Both the position numbers and the translations under genes were made by a program. The notes below the pieces were generated by a model. That model worked only from the letters and a program-made list of their open reading frames with translations. It was not told where the DNA came from and searched no databases. From positions 610,474 to 674,473 of the forward strand of contig CP065011.1 in assembly GCA_016699795.1 (NCBI GenBank): a DNA stretch of 64,000 nt. Direction: 5' to 3'. Shown in pieces: positions 55,250 through 64,000 of the stretch; the first letter of the stretch is position 1, and each line of letters opens with the position of its first letter. This DNA comes from Candidatus Moraniibacteriota bacterium (GTDB lineage: Bacteria; Patescibacteriota; Minisyncoccia; Moranbacterales; GCA-2747515).

Positions 55250-57352
55250 ATGACATTTACACTCCCAGCACTTTTATCAGTTTTTTCTCTCCTCGCTATC
55301 TCTAGTGCTGTTTTTTTTCTTTCTTCTCGATTGAAGTTTCCTTATACAGTATTGTTGGTTGCGGTGGGAACATTTATTCTTGTTCCTTTGAGTACGTTAA
55401 GCCCTTTTACTTTTCTTCGGGAATTTACATTAACACCAGAACTTCTTCTTTATGTCTTTCTTCCGATATTAATTTTTGAATCGGCATATAATATTGATAT
55501 TCGAAGATTGTTTGAAAATATTCGCTCTATTGGAGCTCTTTCTATTATCTCACTTCTTCTTTCTGCAGGATTTATTTCTTTAATGCTTTTCCTTTTATTT
55601 CCTCTTGTAGGGCTTCAGATTTCTTTTCTTTTATGTTTTTTATTTGGAGCTCTTATTAGTGCTACTGATCCAGTTGCTGTATTGGCGCTTTTTAAAGAAG
55701 TGGGAGCACCGAGACGACTCACTTTGCTTTTTGAGGGAGAGAGTATTTTTAATGATGGTACAGCAGTAGCTCTTTTTCTTGTTGTTTTGGGAATAGCTGA
55801 ACATGGTTGGCATGGATCAGAATCAATTCTTTGGGGCGTATTGGACTTTAGCGTGATGGTCTTTGGAGGAATTATCTTAGGAATTATTATAAGTGCTTTT
55901 TTTGTAAAAGCTATTGATCATGCGCGATCAAATGAGTTTGTTCAGATTGCACTTATGATTGTTTTGGCACATTTTACCTTTCTTCTTTCCGATTATATCT
56001 CTGAGCATTTTTTCTGGTTTGGACATCATTTTCATCTCTCTGCTATTATTTCAACAACAATCGCTTCCATGGTAATAGGAAATTATGGACGAGCGAAAAT
56101 TTTACCTCATGCGCAGGAATTTGTAGAAAAGTTTTGGACAGAATCAGCTTTTTTAGCTAATTCATTAGTATTTCTTCTTATTGGATTTATTTTTGCAGCA
56201 CTTCCTATATCACTACTTCCTTTTAGTATTCCTATTATTATCGCGGTTCTTGTTGTTGCTGTTGCTCGAGCCTTTTCTATTTATCCTGTAGTATGGATTT
56301 TAAATAAAATGAAAAAGGAAGATTTTATTCCTTTTTCTTGGCAGCATTTATTAGCGTGGGGAAGTCTTCGAGGCGCTTTGGCGATTACCATGGTACTTCT
56401 TATTCCTGATGATTTGTATGTTTCTGGTTGGTCATTTGAATCAACTCCAAAAGAATTTATTCTTGCTCTTACTATTGGTTGTATTTTTACTACACTTTTC
56501 CTTAAAGCAACGACGATAACGTGGTTGGCAAGAAAATTAAATATCGGATCTTTAAGTGAGATGGAGAAATTGGAATATCAAGAAGCAAACGCACTTTTGC
56601 ATTTACAAGCTCTTGAACGAATCGAACGATTTTCAAAGAAGGGTTATATCGAACCTTCCACCGCAAATGTTTTGAAAAAAGAGCATAAAGAAAAATTTAA
56701 AAAAGCATGTTCATTATGTGTTAAAAAACTTGAAACAGAAGACACTCTTCTTGGAGAAAGAATTTTGCGTCTTTATGCAATTGGAGTAGAAAGAGAAACT
56801 TTAGACACATTGTATGACTTTTCTGAGGTGAATGAGCGGGTGTATCGACGAGTGTTGGCTAAGCTTACTCTTCAATATGAGCGAACAGAATTAGGAAATC
56901 AAGAAATAGACCCCTCTGAAGAAATAATAGATCCAATTAGCAGACTTTTTCATTGGATAAGCGGGATGTTAAATGCTAAAAAAAGAGGTCCCTCAACGGA
57001 AGATCGATATTTGTATTATCGAACACAAACAATTTTATCTCGAGCCGTTCTTCGAGCTTTGAGGCATATGGATGAAGAACATGCACCTCTTTTGTTTGGA
57101 AAGAAATCATTCGTTCATATACGAGAAATATACGAAATCTTTCTTGCGGGTTCTCAGGAAAAAATGAAAGCTGTAACAAAAGAAATTTCCGAAGAAGCAA
57201 AAATTCTCTCGGAAAGATTCGCAAGACGATCTTTGCTCGAAACAGAATCACGTTTATTAGAAGAACTTTTTCATCGTTCAATGATGACGCCCAAAGTATA
57301 TATTGCTTTAAAAGAAAATATTGAACGAGAATCCGATGTTGTTTTGCAGTAA
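55250..57352 (+). CDS. Na+/H+ antiporter, CPA1 family (NhaP-type) with a C-terminal cytoplasmic regulatory domain
   Basis: 700 aa. 12-13 TM helices. Conserved ATDPVAVLALFKEVGAPRRLTLLFEGESIFNDGTAVALF block. Confidence 0.85.
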   Translation: MTFTLPALLSVFSLLAISSAVFFLSSRLKFPYTVLLVAVGTFILVPLSTLSPFTFLREFTLTPELLLYVFLPILIFESAYNIDIRRLFENIRSIGALSIISLLLSAGFISLMLFLLFPLVGLQISFLLCFLFGALISATDPVAVLALFKEVGAPRRLTLLFEGESIFNDGTAVALFLVVLGIAEHGWHGSESILWGVLDFSVMVFGGIILGIIISAFFVKAIDHARSNEFVQIALMIVLAHFTFLLSDYISEHFFWFGHHFHLSAIISTTIASMVIGNYGRAKILPHAQEFVEKFWTESAFLANSLVFLLIGFIFAALPISLLPFSIPIIIAVLVVAVARAFSIYPVVWILNKMKKEDFIPFSWQHLLAWGSLRGALAITMVLLIPDDLYVSGWSFESTPKEFILALTIGCIFTTLFLKATTITWLARKLNIGSLSEMEKLEYQEANALLHLQALERIERFSKKGYIEPSTANVLKKEHKEKFKKACSLCVKKLETEDTLLGERILRLYAIGVERETLDTLYDFSEVNERVYRRVLAKLTLQYERTELGNQEIDPSEEIIDPISRLFHWISGMLNAKKRGPSTEDRYLYYRTQTILSRAVLRALRHMDEEHAPLLFGKKSFVHIREIYEIFLAGSQEKMKAVTKEISEEAKILSERFARRSLLETESRLLEELFHRSMMTPKVYIALKENIERESDVVLQ

Positions 57353-57394
57353 AAAAGAGTATAGTAATAAAAAGAATTATAATTTTTTATTTTT

Positions 57395-57799
57395 ATGAAA
57401 ACATTTTTTATTACGACGCTATCTTCAATAATAGTTCTTTTGACAATTGATTCGATATGGCTCACTCTCATGGCTCAAAAATTCTATGCGCGTCATATAG
57501 GGCATCTTATGGCAGAAAGTCCCAATTTTTTCGTAGCCATTCCTTTTTATATTCTTTATGTGGTAGCTTTGGCTTTTTTTGTTATTATTCCTTCTCTTGA
57601 AGGAAATTTCAGCCTTTCAAAAACATTTTTCTATGGGGCTTTTTTTGGACTTGCTATGTATGCCACTTATGATCTTACCAATCAAGCAACACTCAAAGGA
57701 TGGCCAACAATAGTTACTTTAGTTGATTTGTTATGGGGGGCTTTACTTACTGGTACAGTTGCTGTTTCGAGTTTAATAATAAACAAATATTTTTCTTAA
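57395..57799 (+). CDS. Small 4-TM membrane protein (DUF2177-like)
   Basis: 134 aa, four hydrophobic helices. Family call from memory only. Confidence 0.4.
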   Translation: MKTFFITTLSSIIVLLTIDSIWLTLMAQKFYARHIGHLMAESPNFFVAIPFYILYVVALAFFVIIPSLEGNFSLSKTFFYGAFFGLAMYATYDLTNQATLKGWPTIVTLVDLLWGALLTGTVAVSSLIINKYFS

Positions 57800-57805
57800 A
57801 AGTGT

Positions 57806-58588
57806 ATGGAATTTTTTTTAGAGAACTATAGCATTCTTTCTTTTGCTATTTTTCTTTATATGACACTGTGGTTTTTTATCGCTCTCCTTTTAAAGCGAAG
57901 TGATATTGCTGATATTGCATGGGGATTAGGTTTTATTTTAGTGGTTTGGATTTCTTATTTTTTGAAGGATTTTTCAGAAAATAGGGGATTTTTAATAAGT
58001 ATTCTTGTAAGTATTTGGGGGCTTCGTTTGGCGGGACATATTTATCTTCGAAATAGAGGGAAGGAAGAGGACTATCGATATAAAAAATGGAGAAATGAAT
58101 GGGGAAAATGGTTTTATATGCGAACATACGCACAGGTATTTCTTCTTCAAGGAACGCTTTTGCTTTTGGTTGTAAGTCCCGCTGTTATTGGAATTATTTT
58201 TCAAGGAGAGTCTTTGGACTTGCGAGATGGAATAGGTATTTGTATTTGGATGTATGGATTTTTGTTTGAATCAGTAGGAGATTTCCAACTTTCAAAATTT
58301 ATAAAGAATCCTCAAAATAAAGGAAAAATAATGCAATCAGGTTTGTGGGCATATACGAGACATCCTAATTATTTTGGAGAAGTGACTCAATGGTGGGGTA
58401 TCTGGATCCTTTCTTTAGCAACCCCTTTTGGATGGTTAGGTATTATCGGACCTCTTGCTATTACATTTCTTATTGTAAAGATTTCTGGCATACCTCTTTT
58501 GGAGGAAAATATGAAAAAAAATCCAGACTTTCAAAAATATGCATCTCGAGTAAGTATCTTTTTTCCGCTTCCGCCCCGAAAGGAATAA
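57806..58588 (+). CDS. DUF1295 / steroid-5-alpha-reductase-ICMT-like membrane protein
   Basis: C-terminal WAYTRHPNYFGEVTQWWGIW block (RHPNYFGE is typical of DUF1295/ICMT/PEMT-type enzymes). 260 aa, multi-TM. Confidence 0.65.
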   Translation: MEFFLENYSILSFAIFLYMTLWFFIALLLKRSDIADIAWGLGFILVVWISYFLKDFSENRGFLISILVSIWGLRLAGHIYLRNRGKEEDYRYKKWRNEWGKWFYMRTYAQVFLLQGTLLLLVVSPAVIGIIFQGESLDLRDGIGICIWMYGFLFESVGDFQLSKFIKNPQNKGKIMQSGLWAYTRHPNYFGEVTQWWGIWILSLATPFGWLGIIGPLAITFLIVKISGIPLLEENMKKNPDFQKYASRVSIFFPLPPRKE

Positions 58589-58655
58589 TTTTTTGAAGAT
58601 TAAAAAGTAATAATTAGTTAAAAATTTAAATTTTAAAAACAGAAAGAAATAGAAA

Positions 58656-60029
58656 TTGAATATAGTATATATGAATCGATATGTAGACAGGAGAAGAGTC
58701 CGAGTTCTTAATAGTCCTGAAATTAAGAAAGGACCAATACTGTATTGGATGAGTCGTGATCAAAGAATAAAAGATAATTGGGCACTTCTTTATGCTCGTG
58801 AGTTAGCTGAAGAATTAAAACAATCAATGTTGGTTGTTTTTGTTTTAACTCCGAATTTTTTGGATGCAACTTTGAGGCAATACGATTTTATGCTCAAAGG
58901 TCTTCAAGAAGTAGAAGATGATTTAAAAAATTTACAAATACCATTTTATTTTCTTTTTGGAGAACCAGATCAGGAGATTTTGAAATTTTCTCATACTATA
59001 CAAGCAGGAGCTCTTGTGAGTGATTTCGATCCTTTGAAGATAAAAAGAGAATGGAAAGAATCTATAGTAAAAAATAGTAAATGTGCCTTTTTTGAAGTGG
59101 ATACTCATAATATTGTTCCTTGTTGGGAAACATCTTCAAAGCTTGAATTTGGAGCCTATACCATAAGGCCAAAAATTAAAAGACTCCTCAATGAATTTCT
59201 AACGGAATTTCCAAAAGTAAGACCAAATAAAATTCTTTGGAAGAATAAAATTATTTTAACAAATTGGAAAAATACTCGAGAAATTTTAAATTGTAACAGA
59301 AAAATACAAACGGTAGATTGGATTCTTCCCGGAGAAAAGAATGCTAAGAATGTTTTGAATAGTTTTCTTGAAAATAAACTTTCTCATTATGAGGATCTGC
59401 GAAACGATCCCAATTCTTTAGGACAGTCAAATCTTTCTCCTTTTATTCACTTCGGACAGTTATCAACACAACGAGTTGTGTTGGAAACTCAAAAAATGAA
59501 AGGTAACGAAATATCAAAAAATTCTTTTTTAGAGGAATTGATAGTAAGAAGAGAATTATCTGATAATTTTTGTTTTTATAATAAAGAATATGATTCTTTC
59601 GAGGGCTTTCCTCACTGGGCCAAGGATTCTCTCGATATGCATCGTGAAGATGTAAGAGAATATATATACACATTAGAACAATTTGAGAACGCTATGACAC
59701 ATGATCATCTTTGGAATGCATCTCAACGAGAAATGGTGCGAACAGGAAAAATGCATGGATATATGAGAATGTATTGGGCTAAAAAAATTCTTGAATGGAC
59801 GAAAAGTCCTGAAGATGCGTTGAAAATAGCAATATCTTTGAATGATAAATATGAACTTGATGGAAGAGATCCGAACGGTTATGCGGGTATTGCGTGGTCA
59901 ATTGGAGGGGTTCATGATAGAGCTTGGTTTGACCGCCCTGTTTTTGGAAAAATTCGTTATATGAATGCTAATGGTTGTAATCGTAAATTTGACGTAGAAA
60001 AATATATCTTTAAAAATAAAGAAATATAA
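58656..60029 (+). CDS. Deoxyribodipyrimidine (CPD) photolyase, class II
   Basis: GPILYWMSRDQRIKDNWALLYARELA is the hallmark N-terminal block of class II CPD photolyases. FAD-binding C-terminal region with Trp-rich segments. 457 aa; the start may be the Met at 58674. Confidence 0.88.
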   Translation: MNIVYMNRYVDRRRVRVLNSPEIKKGPILYWMSRDQRIKDNWALLYARELAEELKQSMLVVFVLTPNFLDATLRQYDFMLKGLQEVEDDLKNLQIPFYFLFGEPDQEILKFSHTIQAGALVSDFDPLKIKREWKESIVKNSKCAFFEVDTHNIVPCWETSSKLEFGAYTIRPKIKRLLNEFLTEFPKVRPNKILWKNKIILTNWKNTREILNCNRKIQTVDWILPGEKNAKNVLNSFLENKLSHYEDLRNDPNSLGQSNLSPFIHFGQLSTQRVVLETQKMKGNEISKNSFLEELIVRRELSDNFCFYNKEYDSFEGFPHWAKDSLDMHREDVREYIYTLEQFENAMTHDHLWNASQREMVRTGKMHGYMRMYWAKKILEWTKSPEDALKIAISLNDKYELDGRDPNGYAGIAWSIGGVHDRAWFDRPVFGKIRYMNANGCNRKFDVEKYIFKNKEI

Positions 60030-60030
60030 T

Positions 60031-60777
60031 TTAGCGAGCAAGTGTTATTCCCCATACTTCTTTTGCGCCGGAATTTTTGAGAACGAGGGCGCATTCTGAA
60101 AGTGTTGTGTTTGTAGTAGCAACATCATCAATAAGCCAAATACGTTTCCCTAAAATTTCTTCGGGGGATAAATTTTTATTATATGAAAAAGCGTCTTTGA
60201 GGTTAGCGACTCTTTCTTTTCGAGATTGCATGGTTACTTGAGATTTTGTAAAACGTATTCTTTTGAGGATATCATCTCGAATAGGAAAAGATATTTCAGG
60301 AAGAAGATAATAGGAAAGATGTTTCGCGATAAATTCTGATTGATTGAAGCCTCGATGACGATAACGAAAAGGATGTAAGGGAATGGGAATAAAAAGATCA
60401 GGAAGAGGAATGGGGAGAAATCGAAGCCTGTTGGCGAGACGAATACTAAGAGGCTCTAGAAGTGAGGGGATAAAACGATATTTAACTGTTTCAATACATT
60501 CTTTGACGATAGTTTCTTTGTAAGAGAGTGCTCCAAAAACTCCCTCAAGAGGAGATTTTTCATAACAAGCTAGGCATTTTTGTCCGATATCTGTTTCAAC
60601 TTTTTGACACACAGGGCATGTATTCTTTGTTTGAATAGGAAGATGATCTCGACAATAATTACAAAGATAGCGATCTCCTGTTCTTTTGGAACAACACAAA
60701 CAAGATGCTGGAAAAAGAAAAAAAGGAAAAAGATGTATCACAACGAAAAGATATTTAGAGAATTGAAGCAATAACAA
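60031..60777 (-). CDS. comF: ComF-family phosphoribosyltransferase-domain protein
   Basis: N-terminal Cys cluster (CNYC...CPVCQ...CLAC) and C-terminal PRTase motif RIWLIDDVATTNTTLSECALVLKNSGAKEVWGITLAR. Confidence 0.7.
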   Translation of the reverse strand: MLLLQFSKYLFVVIHLFPFFLFPASCLCCSKRTGDRYLCNYCRDHLPIQTKNTCPVCQKVETDIGQKCLACYEKSPLEGVFGALSYKETIVKECIETVKYRFIPSLLEPLSIRLANRLRFLPIPLPDLFIPIPLHPFRYRHRGFNQSEFIAKHLSYYLLPEISFPIRDDILKRIRFTKSQVTMQSRKERVANLKDAFSYNKNLSPEEILGKRIWLIDDVATTNTTLSECALVLKNSGAKEVWGITLAR

Positions 60778-63247
60778 TTTTATTATTTTTTACTTCAAGA
60801 AATATTTTTTTGGAAACAATTTTTTTTCTAAGAATTGCATTTGCGATGAGATCTTCAATGATCTCCTGAGTTATTTTTCGAATATAACGAGCTCCTGCAT
60901 TTGGTTTATATGCCTTTTTCGCTAAGAGAGAAAGAACTTCTTCATTCCAAACAAGATCAGACTCTTTATTCTTAAGTCGTTGAGCAATTCCTTCGAGAGC
61001 TATGTTCGCAATTTTTTGAAGATTAGAAAGTGTAAGAGGACGATAAATAATTATTTGGTCTAATCTGTCGAGAAGCTCGGGGCGAAGTGCTTGTTGTAAT
61101 TCTTGTCGAACTTTGGATTCTATGAGAGAAAATTTTGGCCGAGAAGCTTTTTTGTCGTGGGAAAAGCCAAGTTTTTTTTCAAAAAGATTTTTAATGTGAG
61201 TAGATCCTATGTTGGATGTCATAAGAATGATACTTTCTCGAAAAGAAACATTACGTCCTTCACCATCTTGTAATGTACCCTCTTCTAATATTTGAAGGAG
61301 AATATTAAGAATGTCTGGATGCGCTTTCTCAATCTCGTCAAAAAGAATGACACTGTGAGGTCTTTGTCTGACTTTTTCAGTAAATTTTCCACCTTCTCCA
61401 TAACCAATATAGCCAGCTGGAGCACCAATAAGGCCGGAAAGTTGATGGCGTTCTTGAAATTCACTCATATTAACTTTTATAAGTGCATCAGGACGATCAA
61501 AAAGTGCTTGTCCAAGAATTTTTCCAGTCAAAGTCTTTCCAACGCCACTGGGACCAAGAAGAAGAAAAGATCCAAGAGGTTTATTTTGATCAGAAAGACC
61601 ACAAAAAGATCGCATAAGTGAACGAGCAATACTATCAGTTGCTTTTTTTTGGCCGATAATGTGACGATTGAGCTCTCGTTCAAGAGAAGTAATATTTTTT
61701 GTTTTTTGAGAAAGTATTTTCTTTTGAGAAATACCTGTTATTTCTGATACTGTTGTGGCTATATCATTTGAACTAAGTTCTGGAAATTTTTTCTGCACAG
61801 TGTTTTTTAAATCTTCTTTGAGGACGAATAATTTTTCTTTAAAATGTTTAATTCGTGCAGTTAATTCAATCGCTTCTTCATATTCTTCTTTTTCAATACA
61901 TTCCTTTTTCTGTTTTAAAGCATCGGCAATATTTTTTCGAAGAGAGAATATGTCATTTTCTTGAGGGCTAATACTATCACCAAGTTGAGACCGTTTTGAG
62001 CTAGCTGATTCATCTAAAAGATCAATGGCTTTATCAGGAAGAAAACGATCGGTGAAATGACGAATGCTTAAATCTACCGCTGTGGTAACGGATTCTTTGG
62101 TAAAAGTTATTTTATGATGTTTCTCAAAATTTTCTTTGATTCCATCGAGCATCTCGATAGCTTCTTCACGAGTCGGTTCATTTATAATCACACGTTGAAA
62201 TCGGCGATCAAGAGCACTATCTTTTTCTATATGTTTTTTATATTCAGAAAAAGTCGTAGCGCCGATACATCTCACATCTCCTCGAGCAAGAGCGGGTTTA
62301 AGAATATTTGCTGCATCAAGAGATCCTGAAACATTTCCCGTTCCGATAAGGGTATGTATTTCATCGATAAAAAGAATGACTCGAGGATCTTGAGTGGCTT
62401 CAAGAATTATATCTTTTATTCTCGCTTCAAATTCGCCACGAAAACTCGTACCTGATACAATCATTGCTAGATCAACTTCATGGATAATTTTTCCTTTAAG
62501 TTGGGGAATTTTATCACAAGCTAATAACGTAGCTAATCCTGAAACAAGAGCTGTTTTTCCTACCCCGGGATCTCCTACAAGAAGAATATTATTTTTTGTT
62601 TTTCTTCCAAGAATATTAATCATTCTTTTTAGTACAGATTCTCGACCAACAAGGGGAAGTTCGCGTTTATCAGAAGATCTTTCATTGAGATCGATACAAA
62701 ATTCTTCTAAAGCTGAAATTTCTTCTTCCTCATTCATATTGTCTTGAGGTATGCGAAAAGGAAATTCGGAAGGTTTAAAAAAACCATTAGGTATAGGCGA
62801 AGATTGAAAGCGGGAATTTTTTGGAAGAACTTTTCTTTGTTTTTTGGCTGTAGAAAAAATAGAATGAATGACAGGGGATTTATTTTTGTGACGAAGAATG
62901 GCCCGAACAATATGCTCAGTTCCAATGAAAGGGCTTTTGGTATTTCTAGCCAATTGAAAAGATGCGAGAACTATCTCTTTGAGAGACTCAGATAAAGGAA
63001 TGGTTTTTTTTGAAATTGTTTTCGTTTTTTTTATAAGGGATGTGTTTTCAAAAAGAAAAGCAAAGGAATCTTCTTGAAGCCCGATATCGGTTAATACGGA
63101 AGCCCCAACACTTCCTCGACGCAAAAAAATTGCCAAAAGAAGGTGCTCTGGATATATTTTAGCTTTCCCACATCCGAAAGCAATCTTCTCTGCTTCTTGA
63201 AGACTTGTTTTTGCATGAAAAGTAAATCGGTTTAAGGAGGGAATCAT
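60755..63247 (-). CDS. clpC: AAA+ chaperone ATPase ClpC-type (two NBDs, Clp_N domain, UVR-like linker, LGF ClpP-docking loop)
   Basis: Clp_N (EHLLLAIFLRRGSVGASVL). NBD1 Walker A LLVGDPGVGKTALVSGLA. Linker with a UVR-like EEYEEAIELTARIKHFKE. NBD2 Walker A LLLGPSGVGKTLTGKILG. Sensor/arginine-finger blocks. FEKKLGF loop. Start set at MIPSLNRFTF (63247), not the 54-aa upstream extension. Confidence 0.9.
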   Translation of the reverse strand: MIPSLNRFTFHAKTSLQEAEKIAFGCGKAKIYPEHLLLAIFLRRGSVGASVLTDIGLQEDSFAFLFENTSLIKKTKTISKKTIPLSESLKEIVLASFQLARNTKSPFIGTEHIVRAILRHKNKSPVIHSIFSTAKKQRKVLPKNSRFQSSPIPNGFFKPSEFPFRIPQDNMNEEEEISALEEFCIDLNERSSDKRELPLVGRESVLKRMINILGRKTKNNILLVGDPGVGKTALVSGLATLLACDKIPQLKGKIIHEVDLAMIVSGTSFRGEFEARIKDIILEATQDPRVILFIDEIHTLIGTGNVSGSLDAANILKPALARGDVRCIGATTFSEYKKHIEKDSALDRRFQRVIINEPTREEAIEMLDGIKENFEKHHKITFTKESVTTAVDLSIRHFTDRFLPDKAIDLLDESASSKRSQLGDSISPQENDIFSLRKNIADALKQKKECIEKEEYEEAIELTARIKHFKEKLFVLKEDLKNTVQKKFPELSSNDIATTVSEITGISQKKILSQKTKNITSLERELNRHIIGQKKATDSIARSLMRSFCGLSDQNKPLGSFLLLGPSGVGKTLTGKILGQALFDRPDALIKVNMSEFQERHQLSGLIGAPAGYIGYGEGGKFTEKVRQRPHSVILFDEIEKAHPDILNILLQILEEGTLQDGEGRNVSFRESIILMTSNIGSTHIKNLFEKKLGFSHDKKASRPKFSLIESKVRQELQQALRPELLDRLDQIIIYRPLTLSNLQKIANIALEGIAQRLKNKESDLVWNEEVLSLLAKKAYKPNAGARYIRKITQEIIEDLIANAILRKKIVSKKIFLEVKNNKIVIASIL

Positions 63248-63393
63248 GAAGGTATAAAATAATGATGAATAGAAATTCATTGTATGATTTTTCGCTGAAA
63301 TGTCAATGTTTTTGGTGGGCTTGGCGAGTTTTTCAAAGTGTGATATCTTTAGTATAAAATAATCGTAGAAAGAAAAAAGAGATAAATACAAAT

Positions 63394-64000
63394 ATGGAGC
63401 TGTTTTCAAAATTTTTTCGAAAAAATGTTTTCCTTGGAATCGATGTAGGAACTTCTTCTATAAAAGCAGTCGAGGTTCTTTTTGAGGGACAAAAAGTTCA
63501 ACTTCTTAATTATGGAAGTATTTTAATAAGAGACCCTTCTCTTGATACGGGTGATTCTCCTACGGTAGATGTGGCTATACGAGCACTTCTTCGTGAGATG
63601 AAAATAAAAGCAAACCGTTTGTATATTTCACTTCCAGGATCAAATGGATTAGTCGCTCTTTTGGAGTTTCCAGAAATGTCAGAAAAAGATCTTGAAAAAG
63701 CTGTGCAATTTGAGGCGAGTAAATACGTTCCTACAGATATGGAAGACGTTGCTTTGAGTTGGGAGGTGGTAAGAAAAAGCGAATCTCAAAAAGAAAGAAT
63801 AATTCCCGAATCTTCCCTTGAAAAAGAAAAAAAAGAAAAATCTTCCAAGAAAGATACTCAAGAAGTTCTTTTGGTAGCAGCTCTTAAGAATGATGTTGCT
63901 ATGATGAGCTCATATTTTAAAAGAGCACAATATCAAATTCATGCTATAGAGCTAGAATCATTTTCATTGGTACGAAGTCTTGCTGGAGGAATGGAAGGAG
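63394..64000 (+). CDS. pilM: Type IV pilus assembly protein PilM (actin-like ATPase), N-terminal part; continues past the window end
   Basis: MELFSKFFRKNVFLGIDVGTSSIKAVEV...ASKYVPTDMEDVALSWEVV...HAIELESFSLVRSL follows the PilM N-terminal pattern (GIDIGT.S.K). Confidence 0.8.
   Translation, partial: MELFSKFFRKNVFLGIDVGTSSIKAVEVLFEGQKVQLLNYGSILIRDPSLDTGDSPTVDVAIRALLREMKIKANRLYISLPGSNGLVALLEFPEMSEKDLEKAVQFEASKYVPTDMEDVALSWEVVRKSESQKERIIPESSLEKEKKEKSSKKDTQEVLLVAALKNDVAMMSSYFKRAQYQIHAIELESFSLVRSLAGGMEG

Noticed and set aside
63248-63409. 54-aa N-terminal extension of the ClpC ORF
   Set aside because: The Clp_N domain alignment begins near MIPSLNRFTFHAKTSLQEAEKIA. The upstream residues (MKTAPYLYLSLFSFYDYFILKISHF...) have no counterpart. 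An internal Met was chosen, though the exact start stays uncertain without Shine-Dalgarno signals.
1-64000. Alternative genetic code (UGA recoding, as in some CPR lineages)
   Set aside because: Many well-conserved genes terminate at TGA (for example the adaptor at 1842 and pilC at 18886). Conserved proteins such as CopA, PilB, ClpC and GpmI are uninterrupted under the standard code.
1-64000. tRNA/rRNA genes, CRISPR arrays, IS elements/transposases, integrases
   Set aside because: Scanned the intergenic regions by eye: none of 3287-3575, 4479-4675, 9250-9441, 12297-12721, 28845-29146, 40228-40663, 52665-52855 and 54972-55249 shows a cloverleaf-type conserved block (GGTTCGAAT-like T-arm outside CDS), regularly spaced short repeats, or transposase/integrase-like ORFs.

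Overview
The window comes from a low-GC genome (roughly one-third GC by eye) that lacks Shine-Dalgarno sequences and uses the standard genetic code. Genes end at TGA with no internal in-frame TGA problems. Gene content suggests a CPR/Patescibacteria-like or similarly reduced bacterium: a type IV pilus cluster with several pilin-like genes including a 578-aa pilin, and giant surface proteins. This is inference only. 

Contents in order along the window:
- An RND efflux operon on the minus strand (partial RND pump, membrane-fusion adaptor, and a CsoR/RcnR-family regulator lacking one Cys ligand).
- A copper module on the plus strand: a sigma70 promoter with a CsoR-box palindrome in its spacer, then csoR, a DUF305 gene, copA (P1B-ATPase), an HMA-fused DsbD_2/TauE-like membrane protein, and a cupredoxin-like exported protein.
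- Two tandem SBBP beta-propeller-repeat surface-protein paralogs. The first is AT-rich with diverged repeats and is broken by two 2-bp deletions. The second is intact and carries about 6.8 perfect 210-bp tandem repeats that are strikingly GC-rich (~58% by manual count).
- A type IV pilus cluster (receiver domain, pilB, pilC, four pilin-like genes), followed by a Cache-HAMP protein with no output domain, a PAS histidine kinase and a hemerythrin.
- A 965-aa surface protein, a PL7 (alginate-lyase signature) protein and a secreted beta-propeller protein.
- ApbE with two small membrane proteins, a DUF475 protein and a bestrophin-like protein.
- A carotenoid-type pair (desaturase plus TM-anchored phytoene/squalene synthase).
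- A candidate polysaccharide system: a truncated UDP-sugar dehydrogenase-like gene, a hyaluronan-synthase/NodC-type GT2 fused to a C-terminal parallel beta-helix, a stand-alone beta-helix protein, a UGM-like flavoenzyme, a large GT-C-like membrane protein and a SAM methyltransferase.
- gpmI, idi, a DUF1294 protein, an acyltransferase-3, an NhaP antiporter, a class II CPD photolyase, comF, clpC and the start of pilM.

No tRNA, rRNA, CRISPR array or transposase was recognised. The most unusual region is 40664-50159 (GT2/beta-helix fusion cluster). The next is the GC-rich perfect repeat block at 12931-14358.
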